A stretch of DNA of 24,000 nt from Deinococcus saxicola (GTDB lineage Bacteria; Deinococcota; Deinococci; Deinococcales; Deinococcaceae). A program made the position numbers and the translations under genes. The stretch's first letter is position 1. Every line of letters begins with the position of its first letter. Under the pieces are notes generated by a model. It saw nothing but the letters and a program-made list of their open reading frames with translations. It was not told the DNA's origin and made no database searches. Below are positions 1 through 13,185 of the stretch, in pieces. Location: the NCBI RefSeq assembly GCF_050341015.1, contig NZ_JBNADV010000007.1:17168-41167 (forward strand), given 5' to 3'.

Positions 1-157
1 ATCAGTTCACCCATGCCGTAAGGCGTGTCGCCGCTTTCCAGCAGGTTCACATTGATCTGCGGCGTCTCGCGCAGGGTCAGCAGCGGGTAGGTGTCGAAGT
101 TGGACGACTCGATCATGCCGTTCCTGACGGTCAATGCCTCGCGCAATGTGGAACTCA

Positions 158-291
158 TACGGACTCCGTCTGTTTCGTTAACAAACTGGGAAAACGCCAG
201 TTTGCCAACTCCACGCCCGGAACCCGTTCTTCTCATTCTCGCTCCGCTCGGACATTCATCGTTTTTGCAAACGATTCAATCGGAGTCCGTA
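158..291 (+). mobile_element. 134-bp modular palindromic element (type I hairpins), MITE-like, flanked by TCA/TCA
   Basis: Begins TACGGACTCCGTCTG, hairpin GTTAACAAACTGG..CCAGTTTGCCAAC, core CTCCACGCCCGGAACCCGTT, hairpin ATCGTTT-TTGC-AAACGAT, ends CAATCGGAGTCCGTA. TCA at 155-157 and 292-294. Confidence 0.9.
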
Positions 292-598
292 TCAGGCCCA
301 TGACCACCGAACCCTCGGCCTGCATTTTCGCGCCCTGAGGATTGATCACCATGCCCGGATCGACGGCCACGCTCGTGCGGTGAACGCGCGCCTGACCATT
401 TTCCACCGAGACCTCGGCCACCTCTTCGCTGGCGGTGTTCACGTCCAGACCGCACGCAATCCCACACGCCCGGCCTGCGGGAAGAGGCGTGCGCCAGCCA
501 GCGCATTCAGCGGCTTGTTCCAGCACAGCAGGCAGCCGCTGACCGTCCTCTGTATCGGGCAGGTTTTTCAGGCAGCGTCCACTCATCCTGCTTGCCTT

Positions 599-618
599 CC
601 ACGACTTTCCACGACTTT
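599..618. repeat. Tandem 10-bp direct duplication (CCACGACTTT x2) inside the IorB-like remnant
   Basis: ttCCACGACTTTCCACGACTTTgcc. Removing one unit joins TLTYGKVVE to GKQDEWTLPEKP on the minus strand. Confidence 0.85.
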
Positions 619-698
619 GCCGTAGGTCAGGGTGTTGCGCCGTCCAGCGATAAAGAATTGGCCGCCCACCGCCGTCAAACGCTTAGCGGGCACACTCA

Positions 699-853
699 TA
701 CGGACTCCGATTGAATCGTCTGTAAAAACGATGAACACCCGAGCGGACCTGCAAAGCTGCGAAGCAGAGCGAGAATGAGAAGAGCGGATTCCGGGCGTAG
801 AGTTGACATACTGGCGTTTACCCTATTTGTTAACGAAACAGACGGAATCCGTA
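699..853 (-). mobile_element. Modular element, type I, 155-bp length variant; first member of an adjacent pair
   Basis: TACGGACTCCGATTGAATCG...GTTAACGAAACAGACGGAATCCGTA. Carries about 20 extra nt (acctgcaaagctgcgaagca) in the central arm. Flanked by TCA (696-698) and TTA (854-856). Confidence 0.85.
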
Positions 854-856
854 TTA

Positions 857-990
857 TACGGACTCCGATTGAAAGGTGTTGAAAACACCTGGAAATCCGA
901 GCAGAGCGAGAAGGAAAAGAACGGGTTCCGGACGTGGAGTGGAGGAATCGGAGCTGTCCCGATTTCTACACGAAACAAACGGAATCCGTA
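857..990 (-). mobile_element. Modular element, type II, 134 bp; second member of the pair
   Basis: TACGGACTCCGATTGAAAGGTGTTGAAAACACCTGG...TTTCTACACGAAACAAACGGAATCCGTA. TTA at 854-856 and 991-993. Confidence 0.88.
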
Positions 991-993
991 TTA

Positions 994-1245
994 CATGGCC
1001 CGGCAGGCACTACCCGCACTGGAGGGGATTTCCCACGAATGTCTGCTGAGCGGAGTGCAGCGTTACCGCGCCGTCCCGCCCGGTCTTTGCCAGCCCCTCC
1101 AGGGTGGTCACCGCTGTCCAAGCCACACGCGCCATGGAGATCAGGCAATGCGCGTCACCTGACCATCCGCCAGCACCGTGCAACTGCCGCACAGGCCGAT
1201 AGCGCAGCCAGAGCGCCAGAGAGCGTGCCAGTCAGCCCCAGCTCA
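994..1245 (-). pseudogene. Remnant of 2Fe-2S subunit (isoquinoline 1-oxidoreductase alpha / IorA-like)
   Basis: Minus-strand fragments GCAIGLCGSCTVLADGQVTR (then frameshift) CLISMARVAWTAVTTLEGLAKTGRDGAVTLHSAQQTFVGNPLQCG*CLPGHV. Fe-S cysteine motifs are recognisable. One frameshift and one in-frame TAG, then truncation at the repeat pair. Confidence 0.75.
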
Positions 1246-1356
1246 CTGCGCAGCACCCATCGCAGCAAAACATGGAGAAAACCCCCCTCCAAAACGGAAA
1301 GGGGCACTGAGAATTAAGCTGAGCAGGCGTTCGACCACCGCCCAGCGGAAGGTTCC

Positions 1357-2151
1357 TCAGCCCAGGCGTTTGGCCGCCCGGTCCGACAGCACATCCACCA
1401 GATGCGCGCGGTAGTCGGCGCTGGCGAAGCGGTCCCCCAGCAGGTGTGCGCCCTCCACCAGTCCGGTTCCGGCGTCTTGCCCAGCGTTCAGGCGCTCTTC
1501 TAGTTTGGGCAGACGCGCCGCCTTCTCTGCCGCCCCGGTGTATGCCGCGCGAATCTGGCCGTCCGCGTGACGGGCCATCGCCACGCCCACGATGGCGTAA
1601 TGGCTCGCTGGGTGGCGGTATTTCTCGTACACGCTGGCCGTAATCCCTTTGGGAATGCGGATATGGGTCAGCAGCTCGCCCGCCTGCACGGCGCTCTCGA
1701 ACATGCCCAGGAACATCTCGTCGGCGCCCACGGTGCGCTCGCCGCCCATGCCGCGAATGATGAACTCCGCGCCGGTAGCCAGCGCCGCCGCCGGGTAATC
1801 CGCGCTGGGATCGGCATGGGCCAACGAGCCGCCGATGGTTCCCCGGTTGCGGACCATCGGATCGCCCACCCAGCCCGCCACTTCGGGAAAGAGGGGAATA
1901 TTGCTCCGCACCACATCGGCATGCGTGGTCATCGCGCCCACCACGTAGAAGTCGCCGTCTTCCTTAATGCCCTTCAGTTCTTCCAGATTAAAGATGTCCA
2001 GCAACGCGGGCGGCTGCGCCAGACGGAGCTTCATGGCGGGCAGCAGCGAATGCCCCCCGGCAATGATCTTTAATTCGGGATTGTTGGCCATCGCCTTGAG
2101 GGCGTCATCAACGCTGGCAGCTTTCTGATAATCGAAATTGGCTGGATACAT
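1357..2151 (-). CDS. FAD-binding subunit of molybdenum hydroxylase (CoxM-type, xanthine dehydrogenase family protein subunit M)
   Basis: ORF MYPANFDYQKAASVDDALKAMANNPELKIIAGGHSLLPAMKLRLAQP...; GGHSLLP and the later NRGTIGGSLAHADPSADYPA are CoxM family motifs. RBS-like AGGGAGG upstream of the ATG at 2151. Confidence 0.93.
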   Translation of the reverse strand: MYPANFDYQKAASVDDALKAMANNPELKIIAGGHSLLPAMKLRLAQPPALLDIFNLEELKGIKEDGDFYVVGAMTTHADVVRSNIPLFPEVAGWVGDPMVRNRGTIGGSLAHADPSADYPAAALATGAEFIIRGMGGERTVGADEMFLGMFESAVQAGELLTHIRIPKGITASVYEKYRHPASHYAIVGVAMARHADGQIRAAYTGAAEKAARLPKLEERLNAGQDAGTGLVEGAHLLGDRFASADYRAHLVDVLSDRAAKRLG

Positions 2152-2172
2152 GTTTGCCTCCCTTTGGTCGGC

Positions 2173-2276
2173 GTCTAACGGTCTAAGGGTCAAACCGTCT
2201 AACCGCTTAAAAGCTCAAGAACTCCTACTCAGTCTTCTTTTTGCGGTTAGACCTTTAGACAGTTAGACCGTTTGAC
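2173..2276. repeat. Long imperfect inverted repeat with 8-bp periodic arms in the spacer between the large and FAD subunit genes
   Basis: Left arm 2173-2206 GTCTAACG|GTCTAAGG|GTCAAACC|GTCTAACC|GC. Right arm 2243-2276 GC|GGTTAGAC|CTTTAGAC|AGTTAGAC|CGTTTGAC. By hand, 28/34 positions complementary. Confidence 0.85.
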
Positions 2277-2281
2277 AGCCC

Positions 2282-4678
<2,397 letters not shown>

Positions 4679-4699
4679 CTTTATTCCCTCCGGGAAGAT

Positions 4700-4776
4700 G
4701 ATGGTTGAAAGGAAATGGTTAATGGAGAACGGCGAATGGTCTTTCTGTTTCCATCAACCATCAACCTTTGACCATC
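4700..4776. repeat. Imperfect inverted repeat with 7-bp periodic arms in the spacer between the 2Fe-2S and large subunit genes
   Basis: Left 4700-4725 GATGGTTGAAAGGAAATGGTTAATGG. Right 4751-4776 CCATCAACCATCAACCTTTGACCATC. About 19/26 complementary without gaps. Right arm reads (CCATCAA)(CCATCAA)(CCTTTGA)(CCATCAA). Confidence 0.65.
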
Positions 4777-4782
4777 AACCCC

Positions 4783-5277
<495 letters not shown>

Positions 5278-5620
5278 GGGTGCCTCCTGCCGAAGCTGGC
5301 TCAGGTGAGTGGAGATGCCGGGTAAAAATGAGGTGGACGCCAGCCGGGGGCGTCTTGTCTGGATTGTCTGACCGTTCATATTCAAGCACACAACGCTGGG
5401 GCCGCGCTGTACTCCAGCGCCCACCTGTACGGCCCTGCCTGCTGGACGGCTCAGAGCAGGTACGGGCGCGTAGATCACGGTCCGCCGCCAGATGCACGAA
5501 CCCTGCCAGATGATCAGACAACGGTTGCCCGGGGTACAGCTCTGTCTCAGAGACGGTGTACAATTGTTCAAAGCTGGTTTACTGTCCAGTACCTCAACTC
5601 GTGAATTCGTTCACAGGAGT

Positions 5621-6766
<1,146 letters not shown>

Positions 6767-6785
6767 TTTTACAGACTTTTACCTG

Positions 6786-6812
6786 ACCCCTTCCCTGTGG
6801 AGGGGGTTTTTT
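6786..6812 (+). terminator. Rho-independent terminator downstream of ndh
   Basis: ACCCCTTCCCTGTGGAGGGGGTTTTTT: GC stem followed by a T run, 20 bp after the stop codon. Confidence 0.75.
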
Positions 6813-6816
6813 GTGG

Positions 6817-7491
6817 TCAAGTCGGCTGGTCTTCAAGCCACGGAAAGCCCCAAGTGTCAGCGGCGGCCAACATGTCGACTCGCTCCGTATCATGCATCCT
6901 TACAGGCAGAGGGAAATCTGCGGGAATCACGGGCAGGCTCCACAAGGGTTCCACGGCACCTGAATTGACCCAGTGCGGCTCCAGCACCTGGCCTATTCCA
7001 GGCCAGTGGTAGGGCGGCATCTGCCCGAAGCCTTCGGCAGATAGGACGTAGACGACACCGGGGGCCAGCAATTCGCGCGGATTGACGACTCCATTTTTAC
7101 GTGGGGCGAGGGATAGGAAATACTGCGTCTGCGTCCCCCCCTCATCGTTCCTAAGTTTCAAAGCCATGTTCAGGATGCGCTGCACTTTCGTCCGGTCCCG
7201 CAGCGCATACATCATCGCCCACAGCCCATCCGAGGCGGCATATACCCCCGTGCACTTGCTGAACTCATCCGGGCTGCGGTCCGGGGGCGTGCGCGGCTCG
7301 AAGCGCGTGATTTTTTCCTGCTGGGAGCCGTGCAGCAGATAACCCTGCTCGGTTAACCACTGCAAGAAGAGCCAGCGTGGCACGCCCTCTGGCAATAAAT
7401 CCACAGTTCTGGCTTCCCAAGCTGCCGCGAACGCCGCCAGATCGGTGTCGGTCAGGTTATGTTCCGGGGCCTCCAGCATCCAGTCGCGCAT
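6817..7491 (-). CDS. Hypothetical protein (uncharacterised, apparently intact)
   Basis: Long ORF MRDWMLEAPEHNLTDTDLAAFAAAWEARTVDLLPEGVPRWLFLQWLTEQGYLLHGSQQEKITRFEPR...; an upstream in-frame ATG at 7521 is also possible. Confidence 0.7.
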   Translation of the reverse strand: MRDWMLEAPEHNLTDTDLAAFAAAWEARTVDLLPEGVPRWLFLQWLTEQGYLLHGSQQEKITRFEPRTPPDRSPDEFSKCTGVYAASDGLWAMMYALRDRTKVQRILNMALKLRNDEGGTQTQYFLSLAPRKNGVVNPRELLAPGVVYVLSAEGFGQMPPYHWPGIGQVLEPHWVNSGAVEPLWSLPVIPADFPLPVRMHDTERVDMLAAADTWGFPWLEDQPT

Positions 7492-7532
7492 GAAGACAGG
7501 ATAAGTGGGCGGGGCGACCAAGCTCTAGGCCA

Positions 7533-7835
7533 GATGGCAGATAACGACAATCAGGGCCGCAGCCTGAGCGAGGCCCGCACCGACTGGGCCGGACGGCGCA
7601 CCGCACTGGCACGTATAGGCATAGAGCTGGTCGCTACCCGGCTCTTGCGCGTGCTGGAGCTTGGCTTCCACAGCTACCGCAAATCCGCCCGCGATCTGGA
7701 GAGCAGCAGCGAACATACCCTGTCGACGTGGTTGATCGGGGCCTTTACCGCGCCCATGACTGCCCTGCCCATCGCCAAGCTGGGTCTGACTTTCATCATC
7801 ACAAAAATGCCCCCCGGACTGGGGGGCATTTTCAG
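7533..7835 (+). other. Low-confidence small protein or remnant (MADNDNQGRSLSEARTDWAGRRTALARIGIELVATRLLRVLELGFHSY...) ahead of a hairpin; may be a decayed DUF202-like gene
   Basis: Open plus-strand frame in an otherwise unassigned gap. It reads through the terminator hairpin into antisense of sod, so the 3' end is not convincing. Confidence 0.25.
7804..7832. terminator. Perfect bidirectional terminator hairpin next to the sod 3' end
   Basis: AAAATGCCCCCC-GGACT-GGGGGGCATTTT: 12-bp perfect stem, 5-nt loop, A/T flanks on both sides. Confidence 0.9.
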
Positions 7836-7845
7836 TGAGAGGTGC

Positions 7846-8469
7846 TTACTTCGCGGCGGCGTAGCGCCTGGCCACTTCATCCCAGTTGACGACGTTCCAG
7901 AACGCTTCCAGGTAGTCGGGGCGCTTGTTCTGGTAGTTGAGGTAATAGGCGTGTTCCCACACGTCCACTCCCAGAATCGGGGTACCGCTGGTGCCGGAGA
8001 TCGCCTCGCCCATCAGGGGGTTGTCCTGATTGGCGGTGCTGACCACGGCCAGCTTGCCATTCTGAATAACCAGCCATGCCCAGCCACTGCCGAAGCGGGT
8101 CTTGGCGGCGTCCTCGAACTTCTTCTTGAAGTCGCCGAAGGAACCGAACGCGCCCTCGATGGCCGTCATCAGTTCGCCGTCCGGCTGCGTGCTGCCCTGC
8201 AGTCCCATGACGGTCCAGAACAGGCTGTGGTTGGCGTGGCCGCCCGCATTGTTGCGTAGCGCCGTCTTCTTGTCGGCGGGCACGTTGTCCAGTTTCGTGA
8301 TCAATTCCTCGACGGGCATATCGGCAAACTCGGTGCCTTCCAGCGCTTTGTTGGCGTTGTCCACATACGCCTGGTGGTGCTTATCGTGGTGGATTTCCAT
8401 GGTGCGGGTATCGATGTAGGGGGCCAGGGCGTCGTAAGCGTAGGGCAGGGGGGGAACTTGGTATGCCAT
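7846..8469 (-). CDS. sodA: Superoxide dismutase (Mn/Fe family)
   Basis: [43 protein letters not shown]...[13 protein letters not shown]...[35 protein letters not shown]. Confidence 0.97.
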   Translation of the reverse strand: MAYQVPPLPYAYDALAPYIDTRTMEIHHDKHHQAYVDNANKALEGTEFADMPVEELITKLDNVPADKKTALRNNAGGHANHSLFWTVMGLQGSTQPDGELMTAIEGAFGSFGDFKKKFEDAAKTRFGSGWAWLVIQNGKLAVVSTANQDNPLMGEAISGTSGTPILGVDVWEHAYYLNYQNKRPDYLEAFWNVVNWDEVARRYAAAK

Positions 8470-8708
8470 AACAGTGTTGCTCCTTGCAAGCCGAAGTTGG
8501 AGGTCACGCACGGCGCGCGCACTCCCATCGGAAAAACTTGGGTCCAGCTTACGCGCCCCCCCCGCAAACCTCAGAGATCATGAAGTTTTAGGTTCTCCTA
8601 AAATGAGAAGCTGTCCCGTGACCGCTCCGACAAACACCAGCAAGCGCGCCCAAGGCCACTTTGCTCTAGCATGGGCCGCGTATGCGTTCACCCTTGCCCC
8701 GCGCCGTA

Positions 8709-10364
<1,656 letters not shown>

Positions 10365-10596
10365 GAACGGGACCGAAGGCCCGTCCCCCGGCCATCGTTC
10401 AGAGAGGCAACTGACGCTGTGTGGTGTCCAGCGCCGCGACGTGGCTATATTTCTGCTCCCAGACCAGATCGCGCAGCACCCAGCCGCTGCCAGGAAAACG
10501 CAGGCCCAGCCGCAGCTCGCCCAGCAGGTAATCGCGCACGTCGTGCTGGGGCAGGCCCGCTCCGGTGGCCTCTCCCAGCGTGCGTTTGCCGTTTCA

Positions 10597-10730
10597 TACG
10601 GATTTCGTCTGTTTCGTTAACAAACTGGGAAAGCGCCAGTTTGTTAACTCCACGCCCGGAACCCGTTCTTCTCATTTTCGCTTCGCTCAGATGTTCATCG
10701 TTTTTGCAAACGATTTAATCGGAGTCCGTA
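10597..10730 (+). mobile_element. 134-bp modular element, type I (well preserved hairpins); first of a pair
   Basis: Hairpin A GTTAACAAACTGG (10616-10628)/CCAGTTTGTTAAC (10636-10648), perfect. Hairpin B ATCGTTT-TTGC-AAACGAT. TCA at 10594-10596 and 10731-10733. Confidence 0.93.
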
Positions 10731-10733
10731 TCA

Positions 10734-10867
10734 TACGGATTCCGTTTGTTTCGTGTAGAGATCGGGACGGCTCCGATCTCTACACTCCACGTCCGGAACC
10801 CGTTTTTCTCCTTCTCGCTCCCCTCGGATTTCCAGGTGTTTTCAACACCTTTCAATCGGAGGCCGTA
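10734..10867 (+). mobile_element. 134-bp modular element, type II (well preserved hairpins); second of a pair
   Basis: Hairpin A GTGTAGAGATCGG (10753-10765)/CCGATCTCTACAC (10773-10785), perfect. Hairpin B AGGTGTT-TTC-AACACCT (10834-10850). TCA at 10731-10733 and 10868-10870. Confidence 0.93.
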
Positions 10868-11480
10868 TCAGGTGACGGGCCACCGGATGAACCCTGGCGC
10901 GCGGCCCGGCAGGCTGGAGCCGCAGCCGGTCCCACTCGTAGCGGTCCAGCGGCCACAGCCGTCCCTGTTTGAGCGCGCCCACCACCATCTGCGCGGCCTG
11001 GAACACCGGAATATCCAGCTCCCTGGCCGCACCACGCACCGAACTGCCGTTCTGGCCGTCGAAAGGAAACAGGTCGCCCTGAAAGCAGCGGCTGGGGCTG
11101 ACGATAGCCTCGCAGACCTTTTCCCATTCGTCGCTAACTCGCGCCCAGTCGGTGGTCAGGTGGCCGTAGGGTCCCAGCGGCTGCCCCGCCACCAGACAGT
11201 GCGTGAAGTCGAAGGTGCCGCTTTCCGGCAGCAGCGGGCTGGCATACAGCGCGTCCAGCCCCATCCAATCCAGGATGCCGCCCGAGATGATCTCGCCGGA
11301 AACGAAGGTCACGGTATACGGCACCTCAGCCCGGACGTCCAGCACGCCAGTTTGCCGCGTGGTGTGGATCAGTTCCAGAATGCCCAGCAATGGTAGGTCC
11401 TCGAGAAGTCCCTGCATCAATGTGAGCAAATCAGCACTGTCCGTCTCACGATTCTCGCACCTGGGAGGCCAGGGCCAGCT

Positions 11481-11625
11481 TTATCCAATTCCGTTTGCAA
11501 CCCGGCCTGTAACCCAGCGGGAATCGGGGCAACATCGATTCCCGCACTTTCCTGCACTCCACATCCGGCACCCGCCTTTCTGCTGCTCGCATCTGCTCGG
11601 ATCAACCCGTTTTTGGTGTCAATGG
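11481..11625 (+). repeat. Decayed relic of the same modular element family with a third hairpin sequence
   Basis: CAATTCCGTTTGC...GCGGGAATCG(11517-11526)/CGATTCCCGC(11536-11545)...GCACTCCACATCCGGCACCCGCCTTTCTGCTGCTCGCATCTGCTCGGAT matches the order of family modules. Ends approximate. Confidence 0.65.
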
Positions 11626-11628
11626 CAC

Positions 11629-13095
11629 TCACGACAGCTTCAGATCCAACCACGCGGCCCCCAGTTCATCGGACACGTCACTGGCGATCAGACCGTAGCC
11701 GCGCACACTGGCGGCCAGTTCGCCCGCGCGGGCATGCAGCCGCACCCCGGCCACCCCGGCACAGGCGGCTCTCAGGCCCTGGGCCAGCAGCGCCGCCAGA
11801 ACACCCGACAGCGTGTCTCCCATGCCCGCCGAGGCCATCCCCGGATGCCCGCCGCGCGACACGCTCAAGGTGTCGGCTGATGCGACGACGTTGGGGCCAC
11901 CCTTGAGGACCACTGTGCCGCCCAGCAACCCCTGCAAACGCCGCGCCGCCGCCAGCGGATCGCGGGTAACTTCCGGCGTTCTGACCCCCAGCAGCCGCGC
12001 AGCCTCACCAGGATGCGGGGTCCACAGACACTGCGGGTGGCCGTGCCCCGCCAGTTCGGGGTGCAGGGCGTCGGCGTCCAACACGGTGGGAATATCCCAG
12101 GCCAGCACCTCGCGGGCCACCTGCACGGCCTGCGGTCCCAGGCCCATGCCCAGCGCCACGGCATCGGGCAGGCCAGAGTCGCGCAGTTCGGGCAGCGCAC
12201 GGTCCCAGTTCGTATGCCGCTGGACCATCAGTTCGGGCGTGATGAGCGGCACAGCCGCCAGCGAGTGGACCATGACCAGCCCCGCCCCGGCCCGCAGCGC
12301 CCCTAGACCCGCCAGTGCCGCCGCCCCCACCGTGCCGGGGTGGCCGCCCATGATCCAGACCCGCCCCGCCGTGCCCTTGTGCGCCCCTGTGGTGCGGACG
12401 GGCAGCAGCGCGGCCACGTCCAGATCATCGGGGCGAATTCCGAGGGCTTCCCCACGCACCCAGTTGGGCGGCACACGCAGCGGGGCCAGCGTGACCCGGC
12501 CTGAGCGGGTGGCCGCCTCGCCGAACAACGAAGCGGTCTTGAATCCCATCAGGGTGATGGTCACATCAGCGCGCACGCTCAGACCTGCCACGTCTGCACA
12601 GGAGGCGTCCAGACCGCTGGGGAGATCGATGGACAGGACCGGCAGGCCCGCGTCATGGGCGGTGTTCAGCGCCTCGATCACCTCTGCCAGAGCCGGACGC
12701 AACGGCGGCACGAATCCCGTTCCCAGCAGGCCGTCCACCACCACGCCGGCGGACAGCGAGGCGCGGCGCAGTAAAGCTGGATTCAGGGGCTGGACCTCGC
12801 CTCCCACGGCCCGCAGGCGTCGCCGGTTCAGGCGGGTCAGGGGGTGCTTGGCAGGCTGGGCCAGCACGCGCACGGTCCGGCCCAGCGCCAGCAGATGGCG
12901 GGCGGCCACCAGGGCGTCTCCCCCATTGGCCCCGCCCCCGGCCAGCAGCAGCACGGGACCACCTGGAAATGAGGTCTGAACGGCGTCGGCCACCGCTCGC
13001 CCAGCTTCCTCCATCGTCAGGTCCAGCAGTCCGGCACGCTCCAGGCGGGCGTCTACCTGCCCCGCACCCTCTGGACTCAGGATGAATTCGCTCAT
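11629..13095 (-). CDS. nnr: Bifunctional NAD(P)H-hydrate repair enzyme (ADP-dependent dehydratase / epimerase)
   Basis: N-terminal LLLAGGGANGGDALVAARHL epimerase motif; C-terminal TAGRVWIMGGHPGTVGAAALAGLGALRAGAG region and GHPGMASAGMGDTLSGVLAALLAQG dehydratase motif. Confidence 0.93.
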   Translation of the reverse strand: MSEFILSPEGAGQVDARLERAGLLDLTMEEAGRAVADAVQTSFPGGPVLLLAGGGANGGDALVAARHLLALGRTVRVLAQPAKHPLTRLNRRRLRAVGGEVQPLNPALLRRASLSAGVVVDGLLGTGFVPPLRPALAEVIEALNTAHDAGLPVLSIDLPSGLDASCADVAGLSVRADVTITLMGFKTASLFGEAATRSGRVTLAPLRVPPNWVRGEALGIRPDDLDVAALLPVRTTGAHKGTAGRVWIMGGHPGTVGAAALAGLGALRAGAGLVMVHSLAAVPLITPELMVQRHTNWDRALPELRDSGLPDAVALGMGLGPQAVQVAREVLAWDIPTVLDADALHPELAGHGHPQCLWTPHPGEAARLLGVRTPEVTRDPLAAARRLQGLLGGTVVLKGGPNVVASADTLSVSRGGHPGMASAGMGDTLSGVLAALLAQGLRAACAGVAGVRLHARAGELAASVRGYGLIASDVSDELGAAWLDLKLS

Positions 13096-13185
13096 GCCCG
13101 CTTATAGCGCAATCGTCCCTTCAACGTCCCAAACATTCATCAGAGACAGCGCATGTAGCAGTTCAGCACTCCTGGCCAGAACTCA

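Larger units (their letters stand above)
1..695 (-). pseudogene. Remnant of xanthine dehydrogenase-family molybdopterin-binding subunit (isoquinoline 1-oxidoreductase beta / IorB-like), interrupted by a 134-bp element and internally deleted; runs off the left window edge
   Basis: Minus-strand translation gives ...LPAGRACGIACGLDVNTASEEVAEVSVENGQARVHRTSVAVDPGMVINPQGAKMQAEGSVVMGL, then the element (158-291), then SSTLREALTVRNGMIESSNFDTYPLLTLRETPQINVNLLESGDTPYGMGEL, typical of the C-terminal part of IorB-like proteins. The part upstream of about 586 is a very short, frameshifted fragment (TLTYGKVVE). Confidence 0.7.
10399..11417 (-). pseudogene. DUF4388-like protein gene interrupted by a pair of modular elements
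   Basis: MQGLLEDLPLLGILELIHTTRQTGVLDVRAE...TVTFVSGEIISGGILDWMGLDALYA... upstream part. After the elements, minus-strand NGKRTLGEATGAGLPQHDVRDYLLGELRLGLRFPGSGWVLRDLVWEQKYSHVAALDTTQRQLPL* completes it. Confidence 0.75.

Noticed and set aside
91-303. Small ORFs crossing the modular elements (e.g. ...TNWENASLPTPRPEPVLLILAPLG, FRTWSGGIGAVPISTRNKRNPYY)
   Set aside because: These peptides recur only because the element sequence recurs; ORFs start and end at variable positions outside the element, so there is no consistent protein.
5541-5564. GTCTCAGAGAC palindrome next to TACAAT upstream of ndh as a regulated promoter
   Set aside because: Too short a palindrome and no convincing -35 at correct spacing; not enough to call a regulatory site.
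11417-11653. 78-aa minus-strand ORF MVGSEAVVSAIDTKNGLIRADASS...
   Set aside because: It reads through the relic repeat; no protein-like conservation evident.
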